From Tubiluchus corallicola (taxonomy: Eukaryota > Animalia > Priapulida): a stretch of 46,055 nt of DNA. The stretch lies in contig JAQGDQ010001342.1 in assembly GCA_030141605.1 (NCBI GenBank), positions 1-46,055 of the forward strand, in the 5' to 3' direction. The translations under genes were made by a program, and so were the position numbers. The notes beneath the pieces were generated by a model that made no database searches, had not been told where the DNA came from, and worked only from the letters and a program-made list of their open reading frames with translations. Positions 14,131 through 25,995 of this stretch are shown one piece after another; the stretch's first letter is position 1, and every line of letters begins with the position of its first letter.

Positions 14131-16491
14131 ATGTGCATCGATGTTAGATATTTTGTCATTTTTACAGTTTATGTGTAAACCATTTGCTTTGTATGTAAGC
14201 TGACTTATTTTCGGTGACACCTTGCTGTCTGTATTGTTTATTTTCTGATTTAATTAGCCTAGAAATTCTGCACGTATTTTTATCAAACTGACATAATATT
14301 TGAAAAATTTCAAAAGGTACATAAAATTCTATGATACATTTTGTCTAGCAAGTTAATGTGAAATTGCATTTTCGGTGAGAGCGTGTAATATCTGATCATG
14401 AATTACGCATGTAGCTCAATATTTGACGTCTATCCCAACGTCAGTCATTTTCGTTGACTGCCCAATCAGCGTGCAAGGTATTTTGCACCCCTGCAGAGCT
14501 TAATTAACCCAGGTAGGTTGGGGACATTTAGCTGCAGCTCCGTCTAATCCTGTTATGAAAAATGCTCAACTTTTAATTAGTTAGTGGGAGAAATATTCGC
14601 CTGGATCTAGATTTTATTATCGTCAATTGAAATTGCAAATGAATTAGTGGAAATATATAGTCTAGTTTCGTTTATAGGAAGAAATGCACAACCTTACGTC
14701 TACGAGTTGCTGATTAAACCATTTTGCATTCAAGAAAATACGCAGTTTAGTTTAGTTTATGGCTTTAGAAGTTAGTTAAAAACAACTATTTGATTACCTT
14801 TAAATAATGACAAAACAAAATGCTTTCTTTTCTGGCTAGTTTTAATAAACCTCAATGTGATCTTCACAGTCAAAATTAACTCAAATGTGGTCAAAACTTA
14901 TATTATACATCAATGTAATATTAGCTAATCTTACACTATTTTTCTGGTTATAGTCATGGTTAAAAGATGCCATTGGGACTTACGTGACTCAGACATTCAA
15001 AATGCGGGGTCGCCTATGGAATGGAACAATCAAATTTATTTCATTTCCGTAGAAGGCCAAACGGAAACATAAAAAGACTGAATGAATCTTGCAGACGAGC
15101 ACATGATCAGTAAACATAGAAAATAAATCGCAGGCTTGAATGATGTTCGCATGTTCAAAGACAAGAGAGACTTAATATTTTTGTTGCTAATTTATTGTAA
15201 AGCAAAGCTAACTGGCTTAATTTCTCTATTATACTTATGTCTCTGTATTTTGTAGTGCTTTGAAACTTCGTCCCTAAATTCTGTTTAAATTGAAAAGTCA
15301 TTTTTTGGCTACTTGAAGTGTTAATTTCGTTTAAAATAGCTGCTGCTCTGCAAATTTGTGTTTACGAAAAAGTGCAATCAGTTTATCTGCTGATTAGACA
15401 TTAGCTGTGACTGTCATGTTGTTTAGTTCAGTTTAGTTTAGCTAAGACAGTTGTTGTCCTGCGTGAGCTGTTGTCCCGAAAGCCGCTAAGTGTGCTTAAG
15501 TTGCAGCGGAGGCGGAGCGATAGACCAATATGTTAGACGTCTAGTGACTATTGTTGCTATTGTTTTTGTTGATGTTACTATTATTGTTATCATTAACATA
15601 ATAACATTATTATTGTCGTTGTTGATGTTATCTTTATTGTTATTATCATTAATATTATGACTTCTTAGCTAGATAAATATATGGATACTAACAATTGCTG
15701 GTTCTTAATTGTCATAACACCAAAGCTACTGACACTGTTTAACTACCTGATTAAAAAGAAAATCTGGAACCCATAAAGCCATCTCCGAATACTACACTGA
15801 CATGCATGCTCACCAAATCAAAAATTTAAGTAATTCATTACTAACATTGTCAGTAACTCTTTCGTTCTACTGTTCGTTTTCAATCCACTTTGCGCAACTT
15901 TTTATGTCTCCATCAATCTAGCTAAATCTTGACAAACACAAGCTTTTACACTCAACATTTAATCAGCTATAATAGGTAACAGCAATAATAATAATTAACT
16001 GTCGGCTACATAGGCCTCTAAATCATATACAGTTAATACTGTGAACATTTTATTGTGATAAACCTGTTGCCGTTGGTGAAGACAGGGACGTTTACATCAG
16101 CACCATTCCTATGGGAACGGTTTACAGAAAAAATGTCCAAGTGGCGCTTAACTGATAAAGTTGTCGGACGAAATTTTAGAGTTCTTTCGAAAGAGGAGAA
16201 ACTGGGCTAGAGGATAACGCGGATTTCTTGCACAAATCTCTTGGACGAAGGCGTAACGGTGAATTTGAGACACCCTGGACGTATGTATATGTAGAGAGAG
16301 AAAGAGAAAAAAGAGAGAGAGTAGAAGAAAGAAAAGAAAGGCAAACCAAGTAAAAAAAGAAGTAAACGGGAAAACAAGAAAAAGGAAGAATAAGAGATTC
16401 CTTCATTCAAAATCTTTATTTTGAAGTGAGTGAGAGAGGGAGAAAGAGACACAGAGAGAGAGTGAGAGAGAAAGTGAGAGATGGGGAGGAA

Positions 16492-16611
<120 letters not shown>

Positions 16612-17370
16612 AGGGGGAGAGAGAGATAGGGAGGGAGAGAGAGCTGAGTTTTTATCTATGCAGAGATACAGTCTGTCTAATTTATTTTTGCTAGTTTGAA
16701 AATTGCTTTATTTGATAATTTATATTGATAGAAATAGTAGTAGTAAAATATATAATTAATTAAATAAATTTGTAATAAATACAGGATAAAAATTCTTGGC
16801 CTGCTAAATGGAGTTTTCTCTGTAATGTACAAACCAGCAGCTGCTGCTTGGAATAAAGAAGATCATGGTTCAAACCCCATCAGTGAAAATATTTTTCAGA
16901 TTCTATTTGTTGATTAATTTTAAATTTATTTTTACAGCATCCATGTTGTTAGTTAATGTAAGTTATAGTTTAAATAGTAAAAAATAAAAAAAATAAAATC
17001 AAGAACATCTTTCTAGTGCAATCACTTTAATTTTATTAATCACAGAAGAAGGAAGCTTTCCTAAGAAAGTAAATCATTAACTTGTTTTAAGTTAAAAAAG
17101 GATTAAATATTCTCATAAATAACTTCATATTGGCCATATTTTCCTTTAAACGTCAAACATGTGCACACATAACATTGGACCAGCCAATTTCTAGCTAAGG
17201 CAAAGATATATTAATTTCTATATTAAAAGCATTTAAAACTGAGTTACATTCTACATAATGCGTGTTGCAAAAACTCTACGAAACGCACAAATTATTTAAC
17301 TATTGCTAGTCTTAATATCAAAGCAATGAAAAGACAATCATCGAATTATAAAGTGAAACTTGTCAAAGTC

Positions 17371-17416
17371 ATGACATGGCCCGGTTTTGAACCAGTGACC
17401 TTTGGACTACACTTCC
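17371..17416 (-). mobile_element. tRNA-derived SINE-like fragment
   Basis: The minus strand reads gtagtccaaaggtcactGGTTCAAAACCgggccatgtc (B-box/T-arm-like), with no full cloverleaf. A similar GGTTCAAACCCC motif is at ~16868 (+). Confidence 0.35.
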
Positions 17417-17879
17417 TCCCATTTAATTCTTTTCGATCCTGCTTTATAATTCAATAATTCTAATCATTCTATCATGCTAAAATACATGAAAATTAAAAAT
17501 TGACTTATAAGCCCTACATCAATACAAAGTAATACACATACTATTCTACACACTGATTACCAATCAAAAGCTGCAAAGGTTCTCTCTTTTGAATGAAATG
17601 CTATACGAATCACATACAAATGCTACAACAAAAATTAAAAAGTCTTAACAAAACCATATCTAGTGACAAATGAAATATTCTTATACCCACGATAAGCGGT
17701 AACTGGTCATGACAGGTTAAAGAGCAATTTAGTATGAATACAAAATAAGAACTAAAAAAACAATTTGGTAGTGGATTATATCATGATCAAAAGATTATCA
17801 AACAAAACAGAATGCAAGATTCTACTAAATACAATAAACAAATATTCTTGACAATTTCCTGGAAAAATGTAAATCATTA

Positions 17880-18200
17880 TGCCATGTTTAGACTAGCGAG
17901 TTTTCTCTCTGACAGCAAACTGGCAAATGTGAACTGCTTTGCGAGTTACTGTCGACAAGTTAATGCAAACTCTGCAACCGTTGTTACGAGTTCATTTTTT
18001 ACGAGTTACTGTCTAGTCTAGTGTGAATGCCGCAGCGAGTTACTCTCGACACTTCTCACATTGAAGAAAGAATTGAGTGACAACTCACACTTATTATCAG
18101 AGAATAACTCACAGCAAGTTTGGTACTCCAGTTTGAAAATGCTTATGAGTTATTTAGGAAGTTTACATGGTGAGAAAACTTGCTAACTCTGAAAACGTCA
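17880..18200. mobile_element. PIF/Harbinger-like MITE
   Basis: TIRs of ~26 bp, clearest in the mirror copy (tgacgctttcagactagcaagttttct / agaaaactcgctagtctaaatacgccg). Flanks are TTA/TAA 3-mers, and there are internal gcgagttact repeats. Confidence 0.65.
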
Positions 18201-19850
18201 TTAAGGCTTATCATAGTGGAACACATTTTTTAATTTACCTTTAATCACTGCATTAATTAGTACAAATCATGACTCATTAATTTGTACACTGAGTGAAAAT
18301 ACTGAACAACAAACAAGGAAACAAACAACAAGCCAGTTAGTTTAAAACAAACAGAAATGATAAAAAAATTACTTAGTTCAGTCAAAACAATGCAGCAAGA
18401 AAGAAACATCAATTATCTTCTACTACAGCTAACAATTTTTGATATTTTTTGTATCATAAACAACATAGCATACCTTCAAAACGCACATATACTGGTAATT
18501 TCTGATTCACGTATAAAAGTACTTCAAAGCACACACAGTTAAGATTTGTCTAAGCAAACTGCACACGTTATGGTGTTTTTGGCACAAACAGTTCAAGGCA
18601 TTCGTACAAAAATCTACTTTGAACAATTTTCAATGAGCAATTACCAATAGGCTGCCTGTATTCCATCACAAACTGCAAATAATTCTTAATAATAAAAAAG
18701 AATTGGACCAATTAATAAAAAATACACAGCATTATTAACCCTATGAAGACCAAGGAACACATTTGTCCCAAAGCTTACCTTCACAAAAGTAGCAAAAATA
18801 GGGTGTCTAGGACCGCTAAAACTCCCCACGAAAAAATTACTAACAAGTTATTCATTGGTCCCAAAAATGCCTTTTCTATCACAATAATAGCATTTGGCAG
18901 TTGATGAAAGCTGAGAAAATCATTAATGTACAGTAATTATGTAATTAAACCTGTGGAATAACACAGCTAGTAATAGTAACTGAATCACACAGCTCATTAC
19001 TAAAATTGTACTTTCTTCATAATAACTATACAGTTCTCTGCTACACCGACATATGAAAATTTGAACAATGAATAAATTAATGAAAAATATGAATTATGCA
19101 AAAAATGATGATCTGCTAGCCCTGATTTTGTTACTATTGTATTAGTATTGTACTACATTAATTACAAAAAAATTCGTTAACATGCTTAACATTCGTTAAT
19201 TTGCATTAATTTGTGAATAGCGGAAAAGTGGCATTGCTGGATGCAGCCGTAAAACAAGCCAAAGCACTTATGCTGCTTCATCCTTTTTGCTAAAAAACAT
19301 CGTACAATAATTTACGTTTGTGTAGTGCATGTCCTGCCATCTAGTGCAATAGTTTTACCACTGCTGACTAATAAAACTTGAGTGCTTTATTAAAAAACGC
19401 CGAGTCGTATACGTGTAATTACATAGTACCATCTCAGCTAATAAACATGAATTTTGTTTCTTTTATTACTGGACAGCACTAGTCAGCTATCAGACTGTAT
19501 AAAAACATTTTATAAATTTTAAGGTTCCACTAGATTAAGAAAACTATGTCATGACTGGCGTAATTATAAATCTGAAAAGTCAAAGACATAAACATATGTA
19601 ACATTGTGCTTACTTAAGATACATAACAATGTATATAGTGATAAAAATATATCTCACTTTAAGTAAAATATAGAGGCAGAATCATATCAAAACCAAATTT
19701 ATAATAACGCTCAAAAATTAGGATTCTTTAATTAAAAATGTACAGTTTAGCTAAGTACTTATATTTCGTTGCTGTAGACAAAAATGCAACAATTAAATGC
19801 ATTTTAAGAGGCTAACATTCATACAACAAAATTGGTAAAAAAGCTAGAAA

Positions 19851-21869
19851 CTACTTTACAATAATAGCACCCTTCTGACTCCGGTTTGTAAAATTATTAT
19901 TGCGGGTACAAATGTAGTAATAAGCACCTTTTTTGAAGCGCAAGAGAGCACCCTCATATGATGCTGGTGCATCGTCTAACGTAGAACTCATTCTCAAACC
20001 TTTGCCGTAGATGTAGTCAGCGTGTTTCTTACCCGGACAACGGTCCTCCTCAAAGCATCTGTACTTCCCGGACGAAGCCATATTTAATGCGAGGTCAATT
20101 GGTTCAAATTTAGTTGCTCCGTGATAAATCCACACAACATCCGCATTGGTCCACATTGTCGTATTTTCATACGGCACTGGAAAGTTCTCTATGAAATTGT
20201 TAACCTGAACAATGTTGTGTCTGTCGGTGCCAGACTTCCCCTCTCCGGCATCTCCCGTCTGTCCGTCGCCTCCAGGAGAACCATTTTTATGCGAGTTGGA
20301 TCCCGTCCACTGCACGTGCACCAGGTCGGTGGTTCCCATGTGAAGTTCCGGCGGAATAAAGTCGTATTCGACAGCCGGATAGACCTGCACTATATTGCCA
20401 CGCTTACCTCTGACGTTCAAATTGTGAATGGTCTCTTTTTCTAATCCATCTGGACGAGGGCGGAGCTCGAAGACGTGGGTTCTGTCCTGGAAGGTTCTAC
20501 CGAATTGCGCCGTGTTGATGGCAAGCTGCAGGGGAGTGTTCTCTGCACCGATATCTATCAGCGGATTTTGTTGCACCGGCGACATGATTCCATTTGCCAC
20601 GTCATGATTGTTCCTGGAATCTGTGTTGAACGGATCATAATCATCCGTTGAAATATTATATCTGATACGTAGGATACATTGTTTAATACTGTTAGACGGA
20701 AAATGTGGAATGATCCAAGTATAGTTACTGGCTGTCCCCTCATTGGTATTGCCCAAATGATTTGACCGTGTCCATGGGGCAGGTTTACATTCAGGAGCAT
20801 CTAATGCCACCAGACATTCTTCCTTAGTGCCCCATAAAGGACGGCCCCAAATATAAGTAAATCCTGTGGACTTCGTTTGTCTTTCGCAACTGGATTTGCT
20901 TGTATATTTAGGGGCCTTTTCTAAGTAATTGTAAAAAGGGGTCCACTGTCCACCATTCTCAGTGCAGTCTTTTTTGTTGTTCCATCTTGACCAATGTCTA
21001 ACCGTATTTGTTCCCACATACAGCTCTAAACACTCGTGTCTGGGTGCCACATTAAAGCTGCCATCTGTAAAGTGTGTGCATAGGGTAACGTTATCGACTA
21101 AAACAGCTATGTCCTTCCAAGGCGTCGGGTGCCAGTAAGGGTAGTAATCCCTCTCTTCGGGGCACTCGTAGCCCCGTCGGTTCCCATTAGGATTTTGCCT
21201 TGTATACTTCGCTGCACTGTATCCAAGACCATTGTTCGTCGCAAGTTTCTGATCAGTAGTGAACAGGCCCTTGTTGCGCTCCCTGTTTTGACATTTGTCA
21301 TACCATTCCCAAGGCTCATGGTAAGCCCTATCATCCTTTATATTCCCATTCTTACGAGCTTCAGTTTCCTGCAAGGTTTCGTCTGCTTTTTTTAAGTTGG
21401 TAAAATCTTGGGTTTTCGTACTAGTGCCGTCTCGCAGCCGTTCCACATTACTAGCGGAATCGTCATCATCATCGCTGCACATGTATTGGAGCACAATGTT
21501 ACAGTTCTGCTTGTGAGGACTGTTATTTTCGTCCCCACCACACCCGTGTTGATTAGTCCATTCCAGCACAAGTTTGCTCTGACCATCCCCACTCTTTGCG
21601 TAACTAGAACTGCTTTGGAAGAATTTCATTCGATACTGTAGCAACTCGTCACTTTTTGCAGGTTTGTCCGTAGCGTCTCCGATATTGTATCCACCACGGT
21701 TATTATTCTGCGAGTCAAAAACCCTATTAGCATTTGTTCTGGCAGCAGACTCTTCATTTAATCTATTGTTTGAACCTCTGGGGTTGTGGAAGTACACGTC
21801 CCCGAAAACTAGCTGCGTTGACAGAATATAAAAAATGGAAAACAATGGCAGCTTTTTAAAGCTGAACAT
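19851..21869 (-). CDS. DD3-3: Protein DD3-3-like, secreted, 672 aa, intronless (left copy)
   Basis: ATG at 21869 (acaATG) and signal peptide MFSFKKLPLFSIFYILSTQLVFG. Family motifs recognised: DVYFHNPRGSNNRL, FDSQNNNRGGY, EWTNQHGCG, GYECPEERDYYPYWHPTPWKDI, FGRTFQDR, NLNVRGKRGNIVQVYPAVEYDF and CTRNNNFTNRSQKG. Confidence 0.92.
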   Translation of the reverse strand: MFSFKKLPLFSIFYILSTQLVFGDVYFHNPRGSNNRLNEESAARTNANRVFDSQNNNRGGYNIGDATDKPAKSDELLQYRMKFFQSSSSYAKSGDGQSKLVLEWTNQHGCGGDENNSPHKQNCNIVLQYMCSDDDDDSASNVERLRDGTSTKTQDFTNLKKADETLQETEARKNGNIKDDRAYHEPWEWYDKCQNRERNKGLFTTDQKLATNNGLGYSAAKYTRQNPNGNRRGYECPEERDYYPYWHPTPWKDIAVLVDNVTLCTHFTDGSFNVAPRHECLELYVGTNTVRHWSRWNNKKDCTENGGQWTPFYNYLEKAPKYTSKSSCERQTKSTGFTYIWGRPLWGTKEECLVALDAPECKPAPWTRSNHLGNTNEGTASNYTWIIPHFPSNSIKQCILRIRYNISTDDYDPFNTDSRNNHDVANGIMSPVQQNPLIDIGAENTPLQLAINTAQFGRTFQDRTHVFELRPRPDGLEKETIHNLNVRGKRGNIVQVYPAVEYDFIPPELHMGTTDLVHVQWTGSNSHKNGSPGGDGQTGDAGEGKSGTDRHNIVQVNNFIENFPVPYENTTMWTNADVVWIYHGATKFEPIDLALNMASSGKYRCFEEDRCPGKKHADYIYGKGLRMSSTLDDAPASYEGALLRFKKGAYYYICTRNNNFTNRSQKGAIIVK

Positions 21870-22627
21870 TGTGTAAACGATGCAAGCGTCACTCACCACT
21901 AAACAGTACCAAAACGATAATTCTTCGATAACACATTCACAACTTCCCGTGACTAATAACGCGAAATCCTTGCAGGTGTGTTTATTTACAAGTGGTCGCA
22001 AAAAGCAAAATCGTCCGTTGCTCAACTTCTTGTCTGGAATTTCGATTCAGTTTAAATTTGTTTCCTGCAGCACACATGAGCCAGGCAGTCAAAGACATTG
22101 AATTGACACAATGTGTATTTCTTTTCAGCAACTGCGCAGGTCTCCCGTTACGTAAGCACTTGGCAATGTAATGTTAAAGAAGCTTAAAAATGTAGTGTTA
22201 AATTACTCGGAATTGGAGCTGACAAGCCACTGTCTACTGGATTGCTGCTGTATTGGTGTTTGTTGGGGAAAAGTAGTTTTATCTTTGTTTTGTTGCATTT
22301 GGTTAGCAATCGTTTATTATGGCTGTTATGGTATGTGATAATGGATATACTATATTATCATGTATCTGAACAATTGACTTGCTTATACGAAAACGGTTTA
22401 TTATAGAAATAAATATATACAATCATCAGAAGACATACATTGCAAGAACATGCACATTCTCTATCTGTTAACCATGAAACATTACATCTGTTTTTCTAAT
22501 ATCATGGTATCATCTTAGATTACTGGATACAAGAACAGCATAAAAGATGCTTTTTATTCTAAGCTGCTATTTACATGTATAAAGAGAGTGCTCACCTATA
22601 GTACTCACTCACATTCAAAGTAGGCAC

Positions 22628-23016
22628 TAGGGGTGAGCATCCACTGCCAGAAATCAAATTCGAATCGAGTCGAATTTGGGACTTTTGAATTCGAATCAAT
22701 CCGAATTTCAGTATTTCAAATTTGAAGCGAATTGGAATTGAGTTTGAAATAATTTTCGAAGGGGTTTTCGAATCCTTAGCAAATAGTCTTGTTGCAAAGA
22801 TCATGCATAGGCCTTACAACTCGATTTTTTATGCAACAAAATCACAAATTATTAGTTTAATTTTTTTTACAAAATTGTGCTTATTGCATGATGTTTAAAC
22901 GTTTTAATGACATAAGACCGTATGTGGTTGAAGTGCTGAATTATTCAATGCTATAATTTTAGATTCGATTCGAATTCATATTAAAAAACGCTTCGAACGT
23001 TCGATGCTCACCCCTA
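22628..23016 (-). mobile_element. hAT-like MITE copy A
   Basis: TIRs taggggtgagcatc / gatgctcaccccta. It is shared with the right arm (35992-36361). Confidence 0.85.
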
Positions 23017-23044
23017 GCTGCGACAGGCCGACCGCATTGCCGAC

Positions 23045-23470
23045 TAGGGGAGAGCATCGAACGTTCGAGTTCGAACGTTCGAATCGAATTCGATTCGAAC
23101 GAGTTTTTTCAGTTCGAACTCGATTCGAATCCAAAACTATAGATTCGAATAATTCAGCACTTCAATCACATATGTTGTTTATCACTAAAACGATTGAAAC
23201 ATCATGCAATTAGTATAATTTAGCTGTGATTTCTGCGCACAATTTTAAAGAAATTACTAGTCGTTTTATTGCAGAACAAAATCTAGTGATATGCATGATC
23301 TTTGAAAGACTAATTTTTAATGGTGGTTTGAAAACTTGTTCGAAAATCTTTCAATCTCAATTCGAATTCGGTTCGAATTCGAAACACTGAAGTTCGGTTC
23401 GATTCGAATTCGAAAGTCACAAATTCGGTTCGATTCGAATTCGCTTTCTGGTAGAGAATGCTCACCCTTA
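23045..23470 (+). mobile_element. hAT-like MITE copy B (left arm only)
   Basis: TIRs taggggagagcatc / aatgctcaccctta. It is absent from the right arm. The 8-bp target gtcgcagc is duplicated in inverted orientation (23017-23024 and 23471-23478). Confidence 0.85.
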
Positions 23471-23589
23471 GTCGCAGCTGCTTCGCTGACTGAAAAGCTC
23501 GGGAAGAAACAAACAAAATCGAACTAATCACGCAGGCCGCAGATTCAGCAATCTTTTTCGGTTTCTTTTATTGCGCTTTCTCGTTATGT

Positions 23590-24040
23590 GATGTTTAAAT
23601 CGACAATATAACTTTTTATAGCACCATCTTACAGTAATTGAATATGGAAATGTAATTTGGTCCGGATGCCAAGACCACATTTTGAAACTACTAGAAAATG
23701 TACAGTTAAGTGCTGGCAGAATTTGTTCAGGTGCCATGCTTAGATCATCGCCAGAACTTGTACTTAAAGATTGTGGTTTTACTTTGAAATACGTTTTAAA
23801 TTTCATCGTTTGTGTATGTTTTTTAAAATTGTTAATAATTTAGCTGCGTCTTCTTTATATAGAATGTTGCCATTGCAAGTTAGAAGCTTTACCGCTTATC
23901 CTATGCGCAATGCTGAAAGTTACAGAATTTTTTTCTCTCGCACGTTGGCTTTCAAAATCATTCTTTCTTTCGTCCATTGATTAATGGAATCAACTTCCCA
24001 TATCTATACGTGAAATAAGATCTTTAAAGACAACAATGAC
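23590..24040 (+). mobile_element. CR1-like LINE ORF2 C-terminal fragment, degenerate
   Basis: Reads IEYGNVIWSGC...LLENVQLSAGRICSGA...HRLCMFFKIVNNLA...YPMRN...WNQLPISIR across frameshifts. Confidence 0.75.
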
Positions 24041-25029
24041 ATTAGAAATTTGACAGTTAGAAATATTTTAAATGTTTAATTGTAAAATATTTGATTGTGT
24101 ATAGTTGCTTATAACCAAATCGAGGCGTTTTAAATGATGATTACTGGAATTTATTTGTACTATATCCTATATAGCAAAAATTAATGTTTACTGATAAACC
24201 AGTTTAGTGCGCAGGCTAAATAGCTAACTATTTACAATTTGTTTATTTGTGTTTACTCAAACCAAGTAACTATGATAACTTTGTAAATATTTTTACATAG
24301 ATACTATATATTACTAAGCAGGGAGTGCCCGCGCATAAGCTGTAAAAATTTTCTGGTACAAACCGTAGTAAAATTATGTTTAAATTAAAGTTATGATGTT
24401 TAGGACAACATGATTATGTTAAAGACGCGTTGAGATATTTAAATTGGTTATGATACCCCAAAAATTAAATATCAATTTTGCTTTCATAGTGTTCGTTGTA
24501 TGACCTGTGTAATGTGAGCATGACGTCACACGGATCTATTTCTACACGCCAAGACAGAAACTTGGTCATTTGTAAGTGGCCTTAGTCTTTGTAATAATAC
24601 TCTCAGATTAGGTAAGAGAGAAGTTTGCACTGAATTCCCGTAAATAATTTGTTGAGTGCAAAGTTTAAAATAACCAGCGAATCATTTACCCAATAAATAG
24701 ATTTAGTAACTTGCCAATAATTACAAATATTTTTTCTAGATGGTAAGCATGTAGTTGTGCGATAATTTAATACGGGATATCGCGTACTCCAAGAAAGATA
24801 AAATAAGCTGTTATTAATTGCACAAATTAACTAATTTATTTTTATTCGATCTGTTTTTCAGTTAATCTTTGACTGCTTGTATGCATTCAATAGTTTCTAA
24901 CAACATAGATGAACAACGGGCTGTAAAAAGAAATTAGTAAATCACGCGTTGTAGTTTGGAAGAGTGGGAACTGTGGTTTACTGCCATAAATTCACATTTT
25001 AGTACTGAAGTTTAGTAACTGTTCTGCTA

Positions 25030-25330
25030 ATGTTAAATCGTTTCCCTTTACAAGTTTCTGTTGAAACATTCTATTGTTGTTCACTGTGGGTTAATTTTGA
25101 CAAATTCGTTCTAGAGAAAGTTAGGGTGTCATACAACAATGGTATAAGGAAACTTTTTAAACTTAAATATGTGTTCACTGCATCTCAGATGTGTTTAGAT
25201 TTATCTCTCCCACATTTTGTTCATATACGACGCAAGTGTTATTGTAGTCTGCTTGGCAGAATTGTACAATCTGGAAATGCCCATGAATCTGATGTGCAAT
25301 ATACATCAAATTTTTTTAGGTTTTTGATGT
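25030..25330 (+). mobile_element. LINE ORF2 C-terminal fragment related to the 5906-7535 element type
   Basis: YCCSLW...KVRVSYNNGIRKLF...ASQM...RRKCYCSLLGRI.QS.N parallels the 6895-7146 peptide. Confidence 0.65.
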
Positions 25331-25364
25331 CTTTTTTATTTGGTGTGGGTAACTTTAATGTTTT

Positions 25365-25545
25365 TTGTTATTGTTGCTATTGTTGTCATTGTTCTTGCTG
25401 TCGTTTTTTTGTTGTTGCTGTTGTTGTTGTTGCTGCTGTTTTTGTTGTCATTGTTGTTGTCATTGTTGTTATTGTTGCCGTTGTCGCTTTTGTTGTTGTT
25501 GTCGCTGTCGCTATTGTTGTTGCTGTTGCTGGTGCTGCTGTTGAT
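25365..25545. repeat. Imperfect (TTG/CTG)n microsatellite
   Basis: Direct reading. The mirror is at ~33872-34050. Confidence 0.9.
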
Positions 25546-25677
25546 GCACGTGATTAGTTTTGAATTAGCATTTTGTGCGTTTGTGTATACGTAGTAATTT
25601 ACTTTTTTATCGAATTTCATGGCAATTTTCTTGCAGAAATGTTGACCTGATTGACCGGAAGGTCATCCTGGACAGAG

Positions 25678-25867
25678 ATGGCGAGCGTGCCGGGCAGCTG
25701 CGGGTGCTTGCTATTTGGGGACAAGGCTATTGATTTCTATCGCAGCCCTGAAGAGTTTGCGGAGAGGCATATGAGGCGTTACAAGAGTCGTGTGTTTCAA
25801 GCTCGCCTGCTAAACCGACCTACGGTTTTCATCGGATCTAACGCGGCTGTTCACGAGTTGCTGTACG
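25678..25867 (+). CDS. Cytochrome P450 (CYP26/CYP120-like) coding exon 1, left copy
   Basis: MASVPGSCGCLLFGDKAIDFYRSPEEF....RYKSRVFQARLLNRPTVFIGSNAAVHELL fits the P450 N-terminal PG..G..G / KYG..F....PTV pattern. The upstream acceptor is ttttcttgcag (25636), and the donor is TACG|GTATGT (phase 1). Confidence 0.8.
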
Positions 25868-25995
25868 GTATGTGTAATTTTATATGTGTGTACACAGCTG
25901 TTTATGGGGCCGGCCACAAGAAAAACTTGTTTCTGCCTTACCTCATAAGCTCAGAAGGTATCAGTAGGAAGGGAGGAATGTTTGTGAATGTTTAA

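Noticed and set aside
16262-16285. Tc1/mariner-like terminus (CAGGGTGTCTCAAATT on minus strand)
   Set aside because: No partner TIR, clean TA flank or transposase similarity was found.
16830-17416. tRNA genes
   Set aside because: Only B-box-like motifs are present and no complete cloverleaf could be drawn.
20121-21641. Short ORFs overlapping DD3-3 (and mirrors 37342-38862)
   Set aside because: They are alternative-frame or antisense shadows, conserved only because the arms are duplicates.
21870-22025. N-terminal extensions of the DD3-3 ORFs from TTG starts
   Set aside because: The extension length is not conserved between arms, and the ATG at 21869/37114 directly precedes a signal peptide.
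22660-23460. Recurrent TTCGAA/GATTCG motifs as a CRISPR array or HSE cluster
   Set aside because: They are irregular subterminal repeats inside TIR-bounded MITEs, with no fixed repeat-spacer period.
25336-25620. Poly-Asn/poly-Leu/poly-Val ORFs (also 33799-34074)
   Set aside because: They are translations of the (TTG)n microsatellite.
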